Shown here: piece by piece, positions 55,659 through 64,000 of the stretch
How positions within the stretch are numbered: the first letter of the stretch is position 1
Layout of the letters: every line of letters starts with the position of its first letter
Assembly (NCBI GenBank): GCA_964387265.1
Contig: CAYLWC010000003.1
Span: forward strand, 43,468-107,467
Origin: an uncultured Vampirovibrionales bacterium
Lineage (GTDB): Bacteria > Cyanobacteriota > Vampirovibrionia > Vampirovibrionales > Vampirovibrionaceae
Length of the DNA stretch: 64,000 bases
Reading direction: 5' to 3'
Notes under the pieces: model-generated
Told to the model about the DNA's origin: nothing
The model's database searches: none
The model's input: the letters and a program-made list of their open reading frames with translations, nothing else
Translations under genes and position numbers: made by a program

Positions 55659-57176
55659 ATGTTTCCCTTTGTTCGAGCTTTTCAACGCGTCATTATTGCG
55701 GTCGCTTTGTCCTTTGTTTGTGTTGGGGCAGCCTTTGCCGGAGAGCTGGTTCAGGTAACCTTGTTACAGCTCAATGATGTCTATCAACTTACCCCGGTAG
55801 ACAAGGGTAAACGAGGTGGCTTTGCTCGGGTCGCGACGCTGGTGAAGCAAATTGAGGAGAAAAATCCTCACGTGGTCATGGTACTGGGTGGGGATACCTT
55901 GTCCCCTTCGGTAGCCTCTAAAATCTTTCAGGGGAAGCACATGATTGAGGGTTGGAATGCTCTGGGCCTGGATTATGCGGTGTTGGGCAATCACGAATTC
56001 GACTTTGGCCCGGAAGTATTGAAGCAAAGGATGGGTGAGTCCAAGTTTACCTGGCTGGGGGCGAATGTTCTGGAATCGGGTAAGCCCCTTGGTAAAATGC
56101 CTCCGTATGTCATTCGGGAATTTGATGGCGTGAAGGTGGGCTTTATTGGGCTTTTAACACCAGATACCACAGAGCTTTCCGATACGGGCCCCAATGTGAC
56201 GATCCAGGATCCAGTCAAGACCGCCAGTCGCTTGGTTCGAACAATGAAAGCCCAGGGCGTGCATGTCATTGTGGCCCTGACCCATTTATCGATGCCGGAA
56301 GATAAAAAACTGGCAAAAAAAGTTCCGGTGGATTTGATTCTAGGTGGCCATGAGCATACGTTGCTTCATTCCCATGCGGGCAAAACCCCTATCCTGAAGA
56401 TGGGTTCCGATGCCCGGAATCTGGGAAAAATTGTCTTGAACATTGATTCCGATAGCCAGAAGCTGGAAAGCATTGACTGGGAAGTGATTCCTGTTACAGA
56501 TGTTGTTGCGGACGACCCAACCATGGCGGCTATGGTGGCCAAGTTTGAGGAAACACTGAATACGGAACTGGGACAGTCTATTGGAGAAACCAAGGTCGAA
56601 CTCAATGCCTTGCAGGTGGATAACCGCTCCCGTGAAACCAACCTGGGGAACCTGGTGGCGGATGCCTACCGGGCAGGGACGGATGCCGATGTGGCCTTGG
56701 TTAATGGGGGATCTATCCGGTCTAATTCAACTTACGGGCCGGGACCCTTGACTCGGCGGGATGTGCTATCGATTTTGCCCTTTGAAAACCCGGTGGTGAC
56801 CGTGGCGCTGAAAGGGAAAGTGTTGAAAGCCGCCCTGGAAAATGGGGTTAGCCGCCTGGAAGGGGAAGAAGCCGGTCGCTTCCCCCATGTATCTGGGATG
56901 AAGTTTACATATGATCCGAACCAGCCGGTGGGGAGTCGGATTCAGGAAGTTTGGATTGGGAAAAAGCCTCTGGAAGATGAGAGAACCTATATTCTCTCGA
57001 CCAGTGCCTATCTTCTGGATGGTGGAGATGGCTACTCGGTGTTTAAAGGACAGGTAGAAACCTTGATTAACCCCCAAGAAGCACCCAAGGAAGCGGATTT
57101 GGTCATTACTGCAATCCAGAAGGCCAAAACCATCGCCCCCAAAGAAGAAGGCCGTAGCCGGCCATCAGTGCGGTGA
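55659..57176 (+). CDS. Bifunctional metallophosphatase/5'-nucleotidase (UshA-like), secreted
   Basis: Signal peptide MFPFVRAFQRVIIAVALSFVCVGAAFA. N-terminal metallophosphatase motifs (GDTLS, GNHEFD). C-terminal 5'-nucleotidase domain. Confidence 0.85.
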   Translation: MFPFVRAFQRVIIAVALSFVCVGAAFAGELVQVTLLQLNDVYQLTPVDKGKRGGFARVATLVKQIEEKNPHVVMVLGGDTLSPSVASKIFQGKHMIEGWNALGLDYAVLGNHEFDFGPEVLKQRMGESKFTWLGANVLESGKPLGKMPPYVIREFDGVKVGFIGLLTPDTTELSDTGPNVTIQDPVKTASRLVRTMKAQGVHVIVALTHLSMPEDKKLAKKVPVDLILGGHEHTLLHSHAGKTPILKMGSDARNLGKIVLNIDSDSQKLESIDWEVIPVTDVVADDPTMAAMVAKFEETLNTELGQSIGETKVELNALQVDNRSRETNLGNLVADAYRAGTDADVALVNGGSIRSNSTYGPGPLTRRDVLSILPFENPVVTVALKGKVLKAALENGVSRLEGEEAGRFPHVSGMKFTYDPNQPVGSRIQEVWIGKKPLEDERTYILSTSAYLLDGGDGYSVFKGQVETLINPQEAPKEADLVITAIQKAKTIAPKEEGRSRPSVR

Positions 57177-57647
57177 TTACTTCATCAAAGCGGGTGCGTT
57201 CATAAAAAAGCTGTGAATGCGCCATTGACCATCTTGACGAATCAGGTTTAAGAGCAGCACCCCGTTGCCCTTTGCAAACTCGGCACGGGCCTTGTACTTG
57301 GCGGTGACCTTCTGTCCTTCTGGGGAGTTTTCAACCTGTACTGTCCCGGTTGAGCCCAGATATTTTTGAAGGGGCCCCAATTTAAGAGAAAAACGTTGAC
57401 ACATGGATTGAAAGACCGTCCGAGGGGTGGCAGATAATAGTTCAGTGCTGGCATTGCTGAGGAGCACGTTGGCGTCCCAGCCAGCAGCGAGTTGGGGAAC
57501 CAGGGTATCCACATACAGCTTGCTTTCTTCCTCGTATCCGGGTTTGGCGGGTTGTTGGAAAGTCTGCCAGCCAAAGCCCACAATCAGAACCAGGAGGAGC
57601 AGTCCAAAAGTTATTCCCATCACCCGCTTGTTTTGTGACGTCATCAC
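57177..57647 (-). CDS. Hypothetical membrane-anchored protein
   Basis: N-terminal TM (ITFGLLLLVLIVGFGW) and about 120 aa periplasmic domain. Its stop abuts the convergent 5'-nucleotidase stop. Confidence 0.5.
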   Translation of the reverse strand: MMTSQNKRVMGITFGLLLLVLIVGFGWQTFQQPAKPGYEEESKLYVDTLVPQLAAGWDANVLLSNASTELLSATPRTVFQSMCQRFSLKLGPLQKYLGSTGTVQVENSPEGQKVTAKYKARAEFAKGNGVLLLNLIRQDGQWRIHSFFMNAPALMK

Positions 57648-57718
57648 GTATGTTTCCTAATCTCTCTTTGATGTACGTTTTATGGTAGCGGTGGCATCAT
57701 CGGAGTGCAAGGGATGAT

Positions 57719-58231
57719 CTAGGTGTGTCCTTGAATTCGACGCATGAGTTCTTCCGGCGAGGCTGGGGGGGCGGCGCCACTGCGAACCGGCAAGATGACA
57801 GCATCCAGTTGGGTTTCCGGGGGTAAGGGGAAATTACGCCAGTTCAGGGAAAGTCGGCATACAGGGTCGGGGGTTAACGCCTCAATGCGGCCAGACTTGT
57901 AGAATTTAATATCGGTCCCCAACTCACACGGGAGCCCTCCAGTGCGGGAAAGATAATCCCGCGCGTTTAAATACCATTGATACCAGTTTACCGTCCCTCT
58001 TTCGGCTTCAATGGCCGCATCCAAAGTTTTGACAGACCCTTGAAGTACCAGGGGCTTTTTTGAGGGTGGGCTGGTTGGCGTGGATGCGTTGGATTCATCG
58101 GAATGAGGAAACAGCGGCGGGAGCGATGGCTCAGTATCCAGTTGCTGGGCTGAGGCCATGGTGGCCAGCAGGATCACGGGTAGGACAAGCGGCAGGATAA
58201 GCAGGCTGGTGAGTTGTCTGGCAAGTCTCAT
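57719..58231 (-). CDS. Secreted hypothetical protein
   Basis: Start at ATG 58231 (AGGAAA RBS) gives signal peptide MRLARQLTSLLILPLVLPVILLATMASA. Pro/Ser-rich linker. Confidence 0.5.
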   Translation of the reverse strand: MRLARQLTSLLILPLVLPVILLATMASAQQLDTEPSLPPLFPHSDESNASTPTSPPSKKPLVLQGSVKTLDAAIEAERGTVNWYQWYLNARDYLSRTGGLPCELGTDIKFYKSGRIEALTPDPVCRLSLNWRNFPLPPETQLDAVILPVRSGAAPPASPEELMRRIQGHT

Positions 58232-58447
58232 GACGCGTTTTCCTATTTTGAACCCCGGATGATTTTTATTATAGTCCTTGGCGCAGGTGCTTTCATGCTC
58301 CATCAGCAGGATTCTAGACTTTTATCTCGCCTGAAAAGACACACCCATGGATATCGTCCATGTAGATGATGGAAGTGTTATATATGTAATATATATTAAA
58401 AATATCCATAGGCTGTCTTCCTCAACTACTCAACAAATGCTCATTCT

Positions 58448-58480
58448 AAGCCACTGCCTCCAGTCAGTGGCTTTTTTATT
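58448..58480 (+). terminator. Strong intrinsic terminator-like hairpin (plus orientation), downstream of dnaE
   Basis: AAGCCACTG-CCTCCAGT-CAGTGGCTT perfect 9 bp stem followed by TTTTTTATT. Preceded by about 150 bp of AT-rich non-coding DNA. Confidence 0.55.
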
Positions 58481-58507
58481 GGGTGCCACCAATCAACTCA
58501 GAATTCT

Positions 58508-61500
58508 TTATCCCACCTTGAGTTGGCCGGAAAAGTGGCTTTCCAGCATATGCTTGAGCTGATCCTGGTTTCCATTGACCCAGAAGCGGGGGCCGGTCTT
58601 AATGCGGGTGCCGTCTTTAAAATTGAGAATCACCGGGTTCTGGCCGCGATTTTTAGCCAGAATCTCCCCAATAAAGGCCACGTCCTCAAATTTGGGAATC
58701 ACCTCAAAGAAAATATTCATCAGCTGCACTTCCTGAATGGGGCGAATCTCTGAAACCACCACGCTGTAGGATTCCGAATCATCCCCCCGGAACTGCAACC
58801 GCCCACAGACCAAGACTTTTTGTCCTTCGGCCAGATCCATCTCCCGCTCCTGGAGTTTGCCAATCATGTCGCTGAACATGACAAATTCCACGTTGGAGGT
58901 GAGATCCTCCACCACCCCGATCCAGATGGGCCGGTTGGTTTTGGTGATCTTCTTTTGCAGGCTGGAAACCAGCCCACCAATCACTACTTCCGTCCCATCG
59001 GCGGTCTCTTTTAGTTCATTGGCCGTATGGGTGACCATTAACGGGAGGGTATCCACCACGTTATCCAGCGGGTGAGAGCTAACATAAAAGCCTAAAAGCT
59101 GCTTTTCATGCTGCTGGATCTCATCATCGGGATATTCTTCCGGCGACCCGTTTAAAACCAGCCCGCCAAAGTCGCTGCCTCCACCCCCTAGAGCCTGAAA
59201 CAGGCTCACTTGCCCGGTGAGCTTCTGCTCTTGCAGGTGCCCGGCATGACTAATGAGTTTTTCCACGTTGTCAAACAGCTGTTTGCGGGAAATCTCAAAC
59301 TGAGAAAACGCCCCGCAGAGAATCAGGCTTTCCAGCGTCTTTCGGTTCAAGACTTTGGGGTCCACCCGATCGAGAAAATCCTCCATGGAGGTAAAAGGGG
59401 TGTCTTTTCGGGCCTCAATAATGGTTTCTACGACCCCCACACCCACGTTCTTGACGGAGGCCAGTCCAAAGCGGATGGCCCCGCCTTCCACCGAGGTGTC
59501 GGGGGTGAAATCCACCCCGGACTTGTTAATATCTGGCGGCAACACTTGGATGCCCAGCTTCCGGGCGGTCAAAATATAAAACTGGATTTTATCCAGGTCA
59601 TTGCGCACACTGGACAGTAGCGCCGATAAATACTCTACCGGGTAATGGGCCTTGAGATAGGCTGTTTGATACGCGACCAGGGCATAAGCCGCTGAGTGGG
59701 ACCGGTTGAAGCAGTACGCCGCAAACTCTGACATGGTGTCAAATAGCTCATTGGCCAGCGCTTCATCAACGCCATTCTTCACGGAACCCGCGATAAAGCC
59801 GTCTCGTTCCTTGGCCATGACCTCGGCCTTCTTTTTCCCCATGGCACGCCGCAGCAAATCGGCTTGCCCCAGGGTATACCCAGCCAGGCTTTGAGCGATC
59901 TGCATGATCTGCTCCTGGTACACAATGGTCCCATAAGTGTCTTTCAGGATGGGCTCCAGCGCCGGGTGCTTGTATTCTACTTGCGCGCGGCCATGTTTGC
60001 GGTCCACAAACTGCTTAACCATCCCGGAATTCAAGGGGCCTGGACGATACAAAGCCACCAGGGCGCCAATGTCCTCAAACACCGAGGGCTTCAGATCCCG
60101 AACCAGCGTCTTCATCCCGCCCGATTCCAGCTGGAAGACCCCATCGGTTTCCCCCGTAGAGAGCAGTTCATAGACGGGCGCGTCATCCAGGGGCAGGTGG
60201 CGGATATCCAGGGTTTCCCCTTTGGTTTCCCGTGCCAGCTGGACGGTGTTCTCAATAATGGTGAGGTTCCGAAGGCCCAGGAAGTCCATCTTCAGGAGGC
60301 CCAGCTTTTCCAGATCACCCATGGGGAACTGGGAAACAATATGTCCTTCCTTGGAATTCTGAACCGGCACCACTTCGGTAAGTGGGTCTTTGGAAATCAC
60401 CACCCCTGCCGCATGAACCCCCACGTTGCAGGCGGTACCTTCCAGCTTGAGCGCCAGATCCACCAGTTCTTTCACCTTGGGATCGCTGTCATAGACCTTA
60501 CGAAGCTCCATCCCGTCTTCCAGAGCCTCTTTCAGCTTGGTGCCCGGAGTTTGGGGAATCATCTTAGCCAGCTTGTCGCTTTCGGCAAAGGGGATTTCCA
60601 TCACCCGCGCCACGGCTTTCAGGGCGGCCCGTGCGGCAAGGGTACCAAAGGTGATGATCTGGCAGACCTTATCCCGCCCGTAGCGCTCATTGACGTACTC
60701 AATGACCTTTTCCCGGTTCTCAATGCAAAAATCAATATCAATATCGGGCATGCTCACCCGTTCTGGGTTCAAAAAGCGCTCAAACAGCAAATTATGCTCA
60801 ATGGGGTCAATATCGGTAATGCCCAGGGTATAAGCCACCAGGCTCCCAGCGGCGGAGCCCCGGCCCGGCCCCACCGGAATATTATTCTCTCGGGCGTAAT
60901 TGATAAAATCCCAGACAATCAAAAAATAGGCGGGGAAACCCATCTGGTTGATAATCCCCAGCTCATACTCCATCCGTTCCAGCACGTCCGGGGTGGTGTT
61001 GGGGTAGCGTTCCGGGAGGTAGGATTCCACCAGGCGTCTTAGTTCCTGCTCGGCAGTGACGCCTTCTGGCAGGAGGTAATTGGGGAGAATCGATTTCCCC
61101 TGAGGCAACTCCAGGTTGATCTTGTCGGCAATCACCAGGGTATTCTCCAGCGCCCGCTCCACAACGTCCCGATCCAGGTGCTGGAACAGCGCTGCCATCT
61201 GATCGCCGTTTTTAATGTAATACTCGGGTCCATAGACATCCCGCCGGGTGGAATCATTGAGGGATTGCCCGTTTTGCATACAGAGCAAGATGTCATGCAT
61301 CTGTTTGTCGGTCGGGTAAGAAAAATGGCTGTCGTTGGTAGCGACCAGCTCAATATCCAGCTCCTTGGCAATCCGCACCGCTTCGGCGCTGAAGCGGAAT
61401 TCCGCTTCTTTCCCGTGATCATTAATCTCTATATAGAGATCTTCCCCAAAAATGTCTTTCAGAAAGCGGGCCCGGTCTCGGGCTTCTTCCATATTCCCCC

Positions 61501-61954
61501 GTAATACCGCTCGGGCCAGGGGACCTGAGAGGCAACCCGTGAGGGCCACCAGTCCTTCTGAGTATTGTTTCACCAGATCCCAGTTGCAGCGGGGCTTGTA
61601 ATAAAACCCTTCCAGCTGGCCAATGGAGACCAGCTTACAGAGGTTTTTGTATCCGGTCAGATCTTTGGCCAACAAGACCAAGTGATGAAGCGGCTGCCGG
61701 CTGTTTCGATCGGTAATATCCCCATCGACGACATACAGATCACACCCAATAATGGGCTTGATGCCTGCGGCTTTGGCGGCATTGTACAGTTCCACGGCCC
61801 CGTACATCACCCCATGATCGGTAATGGCCACGGCGGGCATGTTGTTTTCCTGGGCGATACTGATGAGCTCGGGAATCTTGGTGCCCCCATCCAGTAAGCT
61901 GTAATGGGTGTGCACATGCAGGGGGACAAAAGGTCGGATGGTTTGCTCGCTCAT
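58508..61954 (-). CDS. dnaE: DNA polymerase III alpha subunit
   Basis: N-terminal PHP domain (FVPLHVHTHYSLLDG) and polymerase core motifs (GRGSAAGSLVAYTLGITD, PDIDIDF). 1148 aa. Confidence 0.95.
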   Translation of the reverse strand: MSEQTIRPFVPLHVHTHYSLLDGGTKIPELISIAQENNMPAVAITDHGVMYGAVELYNAAKAAGIKPIIGCDLYVVDGDITDRNSRQPLHHLVLLAKDLTGYKNLCKLVSIGQLEGFYYKPRCNWDLVKQYSEGLVALTGCLSGPLARAVLRGNMEEARDRARFLKDIFGEDLYIEINDHGKEAEFRFSAEAVRIAKELDIELVATNDSHFSYPTDKQMHDILLCMQNGQSLNDSTRRDVYGPEYYIKNGDQMAALFQHLDRDVVERALENTLVIADKINLELPQGKSILPNYLLPEGVTAEQELRRLVESYLPERYPNTTPDVLERMEYELGIINQMGFPAYFLIVWDFINYARENNIPVGPGRGSAAGSLVAYTLGITDIDPIEHNLLFERFLNPERVSMPDIDIDFCIENREKVIEYVNERYGRDKVCQIITFGTLAARAALKAVARVMEIPFAESDKLAKMIPQTPGTKLKEALEDGMELRKVYDSDPKVKELVDLALKLEGTACNVGVHAAGVVISKDPLTEVVPVQNSKEGHIVSQFPMGDLEKLGLLKMDFLGLRNLTIIENTVQLARETKGETLDIRHLPLDDAPVYELLSTGETDGVFQLESGGMKTLVRDLKPSVFEDIGALVALYRPGPLNSGMVKQFVDRKHGRAQVEYKHPALEPILKDTYGTIVYQEQIMQIAQSLAGYTLGQADLLRRAMGKKKAEVMAKERDGFIAGSVKNGVDEALANELFDTMSEFAAYCFNRSHSAAYALVAYQTAYLKAHYPVEYLSALLSSVRNDLDKIQFYILTARKLGIQVLPPDINKSGVDFTPDTSVEGGAIRFGLASVKNVGVGVVETIIEARKDTPFTSMEDFLDRVDPKVLNRKTLESLILCGAFSQFEISRKQLFDNVEKLISHAGHLQEQKLTGQVSLFQALGGGGSDFGGLVLNGSPEEYPDDEIQQHEKQLLGFYVSSHPLDNVVDTLPLMVTHTANELKETADGTEVVIGGLVSSLQKKITKTNRPIWIGVVEDLTSNVEFVMFSDMIGKLQEREMDLAEGQKVLVCGRLQFRGDDSESYSVVVSEIRPIQEVQLMNIFFEVIPKFEDVAFIGEILAKNRGQNPVILNFKDGTRIKTGPRFWVNGNQDQLKHMLESHFSGQLKVG

Positions 61955-62086
61955 CTGTTAATACCGTTTCAAAGTAGACTCTCTAACCGTTTGACAGGGC
62001 GGCCTGATATTATTGTCCCACTGCCAGGAGGGTCCGTAAAGCAAAAGCGCTTGTACGTGAAGCCCGTACTTAACAGGGTACCTGAA

Positions 62087-63778
62087 TTACCGATCGGCCT
62101 GGCTGATGTTATAGGCGGCGTTCAGCATGCCCAGTACAAAGAGCAGGCTGGCGTTGTTCACAATATTGGGCTCATTGACGCTGGGGGCTTTATAGGTATC
62201 TACGTAGCTTCTGGGACCCGCGCCTTGGGGAACGTCAGGCTCTGTTGAAAACTGGTTGGGGCCTGATACCAGATAGCCTGGTAGGATTTTCCCGCTGACG
62301 ACCATCATTTGATGATGTGGACTGGTGACCGGATTCGAGCCAACGCCCGTGACATAGGTTTTAGCGAGAGGGTTTAATCCAAACAGGTAATATACGGTTT
62401 TCGTAGCCGCATCCCGATATTTCGCTTCATTGGTTAGCTGAAACGCCGATAGCAACAGGGCTGCCTGCTCGGTTAACTGGCCGTTGGAGTTCCAGGTGTA
62501 TTGGGTAAAGCCAGCTCCGTAGGGGTCTTTTTGAATCCGTGTGGTTAAGCGATCCGCAAATTGAGTGATTTTCTGCCGGATAGAACGCCGGGCATCTTCG
62601 TCTGGATTGGGTGCATACAAGGTGTAATCCAGTAAGGCCAGTATACCGGGATTGCCGTAGGGGGATAAGGCCAGCGGGGTGTTTTTATAATGCGTTAAAA
62701 AGAACTGATGATATTTGTCTTTACCGGTTGCGATATAGAGCTCGGAAGCGGCCCAGAGGCGATACGGCAGATCGCTTTCCGTAATCGGACGTTTGGCCAG
62801 GAAATTCCAGCTGTCTTCGGCGGTCCGAAGGGCTTTGATCATGTACCCCATGTCTTTTACCCGGAAACTCCGGCTGGTCATGGCCAGAGTGGCGGCGGTG
62901 GCTGCGGTATCTTGAGTTGTCACTTCTCCCAGATACCGGGGACGGGTATCTTTATTGGGCATGATTCTATCGACGGCCCCTTGGCTGTAGACTTTTTGGT
63001 ACACGCCACCATCTTCCCGCTGCATGGCTCTCAGCCAATTCAGGCCCGCTTTCACTTCATGCAGGTAATCAGGGACCAGTCCTACCCACTGCTCTTGATA
63101 TGGATAATCGAGCTTGAAGTACTGGAATGCCTTGGGGACCCATTCATACAAAGACTGCATTCGGGCGGTGGCAAAGCTGGTGGCAATGACATGCTTATCA
63201 TACCCCCCGTCAGTGTACCATCCTCCAGCAGCATCCCGGTATTGTTCCGTTCCTGGCAGCAGGGCGTCATCCACATGGCTGGCCGGATGATAAAAATTGG
63301 AGATATAGTCTTCCACTTCCTGACCGCTCCGCTGAAAGTAGAAGGTCTTCATCACCGGTTTGACCAGGTCCCAGTATAGATACTGGGTTATTTTGATGGG
63401 TTCGGATTTAACCTCTGTGCCTTCCACCCGCAACTCGTATTGGCCAGGCTCTTTAAACTCGGAAAAGTCAACGATCAGGTTTCGATTTCCGGGGCCAGCT
63501 TGGTGTTGCGGACGAAAAGACTCAAACGTCTTGATTTTGTATAGGTCTTTCCCTTTAAAGAGCCCCAGGCGGTCGCTCCAGTTGGGGTCATGGAGGGCCA
63601 CTTTGATTGAGGTTCCCTCTGGAACATCTTCCAGAATGGCGATTTTGGGTGCATCAGGATGATACCCGATTTGAGACACCACAAACCGCATGGCTTCAGC
63701 CGGGGACACTCCCAAACACAGGCTTAAACAGCCCAGCAGGAGAAGCAAAAGGGGATTCTTGGAAAAACGCTGCCTCAT
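62087..63778 (-). CDS. Glycoside hydrolase family 9 endoglucanase with N-terminal Ig-like (CelD_N) domain, secreted
   Basis: Signal peptide MRQRFSKNPLLLLLLGCLSLCLGVSPAEA. DAAGGWYTDGGYDKH and later GH9 blocks. A TTG at 63820 is an alternative start. Confidence 0.85.
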   Translation of the reverse strand: MRQRFSKNPLLLLLLGCLSLCLGVSPAEAMRFVVSQIGYHPDAPKIAILEDVPEGTSIKVALHDPNWSDRLGLFKGKDLYKIKTFESFRPQHQAGPGNRNLIVDFSEFKEPGQYELRVEGTEVKSEPIKITQYLYWDLVKPVMKTFYFQRSGQEVEDYISNFYHPASHVDDALLPGTEQYRDAAGGWYTDGGYDKHVIATSFATARMQSLYEWVPKAFQYFKLDYPYQEQWVGLVPDYLHEVKAGLNWLRAMQREDGGVYQKVYSQGAVDRIMPNKDTRPRYLGEVTTQDTAATAATLAMTSRSFRVKDMGYMIKALRTAEDSWNFLAKRPITESDLPYRLWAASELYIATGKDKYHQFFLTHYKNTPLALSPYGNPGILALLDYTLYAPNPDEDARRSIRQKITQFADRLTTRIQKDPYGAGFTQYTWNSNGQLTEQAALLLSAFQLTNEAKYRDAATKTVYYLFGLNPLAKTYVTGVGSNPVTSPHHQMMVVSGKILPGYLVSGPNQFSTEPDVPQGAGPRSYVDTYKAPSVNEPNIVNNASLLFVLGMLNAAYNISQADR

Positions 63779-63866
63779 GGGTTTTATGATAGCCAAGGCC
63801 AGCAGTAGAGTAAAGCGCAAGCGTAAAACATAAACTTTTTGTTACCCCCACGTCCGGCTTGAATGG

Positions 63867-64000
63867 TTAAATGGCGGGCTGGATCTCGCTGAAAAGCTGG
63901 ACGGTGAGATCCTCGGAGCAGCGGGCGTTATGAAGCGCATGGCGAGCGTAACGTACAATCGTGTCGGCGTCTGCCTTGGGGTCATCCGGCATGGGGTAAC
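63867..64000 (-). CDS. 3' end of an unidentified gene running off the window
   Basis: Open frame from the window edge to TAA at 63867-63869 (...ADADTIVRYARHALHNARCSEDLTVQLFSEIQPAI). No domain call possible. Confidence 0.3.
   Translation of the reverse strand, partial: YPMPDDPKADADTIVRYARHALHNARCSEDLTVQLFSEIQPAI

Noticed and set aside
59864-61042. 392 aa plus-strand ORF inside dnaE
   Set aside because: Antisense to DNA polymerase III alpha. A long open antisense frame is a common artefact in large conserved genes.
62708-63379. 223 aa plus-strand ORF inside the GH9 gene
   Set aside because: Antisense to the GH9 catalytic domain.
1-64000. CRISPR arrays, tRNA/rRNA genes, integrases/transposases
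   Set aside because: No regularly spaced direct repeats, no cloverleaf-like segments in intergenic regions, and no recombinase or transposase ORFs were seen. The only mobile-element-like feature is the MITE-like repeat at 51872-52082.

Overview
This 64 kb window is a gene-dense bacterial chromosomal segment with about 50 protein-coding genes. I recognised no rRNA, tRNA or CRISPR array. The lineage cannot be assigned from sequence alone. The CydA-like 'bd-like' proteins next to a b6f-type Rieske/cytochrome b resemble arrangements reported in Nitrospira-type genomes.

Housekeeping and metabolic genes:
- msrA (methionine sulfoxide reductase) and a periplasmic Cu/Zn superoxide dismutase, sodC.
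- A Cu-exporting P1B-type ATPase (copA).
- DNA polymerase III alpha subunit (dnaE), endonuclease V (nfi), proline iminopeptidase (pip), an FAD-dependent glycerol-3-phosphate dehydrogenase (glpD) and a Crp/Fnr regulator.
- A CHASE2-sensor class III adenylate cyclase.
- A SulP anion transporter, a voltage-gated cation channel, a 5'-nucleotidase and a GH9 endoglucanase.

Regions that stand out:
1. A respiratory operon in which a Tat-exported Rieske protein and a fused cytochrome b6/subunit IV are bracketed by two paralogous cytochrome-bd-subunit-I-like (CydA-like) membrane proteins. The second paralog carries a C-terminal monoheme cytochrome c domain.
2. An 858-residue repeat protein. It has about 13 heptad VQVGTEQ repeats, about 17 hexapeptide RPVYEx repeats, three DxDGDG calcium-binding-like loops and a Gln-rich tail.
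3. Three tandem paralogous genes encoding 270-300 residue proteins. Each has a textbook Flp/Tad class III prepilin leader (G/xxxxEY-hydrophobic) but a C-terminal domain far larger than a normal Flp pilin. They sit next to an MtrA-like (corrinoid-binding) plus DUF4346 protein and a 4-alpha-glucanotransferase.
4. An alpha-glucan island:
   - a membrane-anchored GH13 alpha-amylase fused to an uncharacterised N-terminal membrane domain, whose free-standing paralog is translationally coupled upstream;
   - a divergently transcribed 1318-residue GH13-like protein with very large insertions;
   - a eukaryote-like sucrose-transporter (GPH/SLC45)-type MFS permease;
   - a GH57 enzyme and an unknown partner gene.
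5. A roughly 211 bp MITE-like element with perfect 19 bp terminal inverted repeats, lying between the MFS and GH57 genes.

Several intrinsic terminators and candidate regulatory repeats are also noted.
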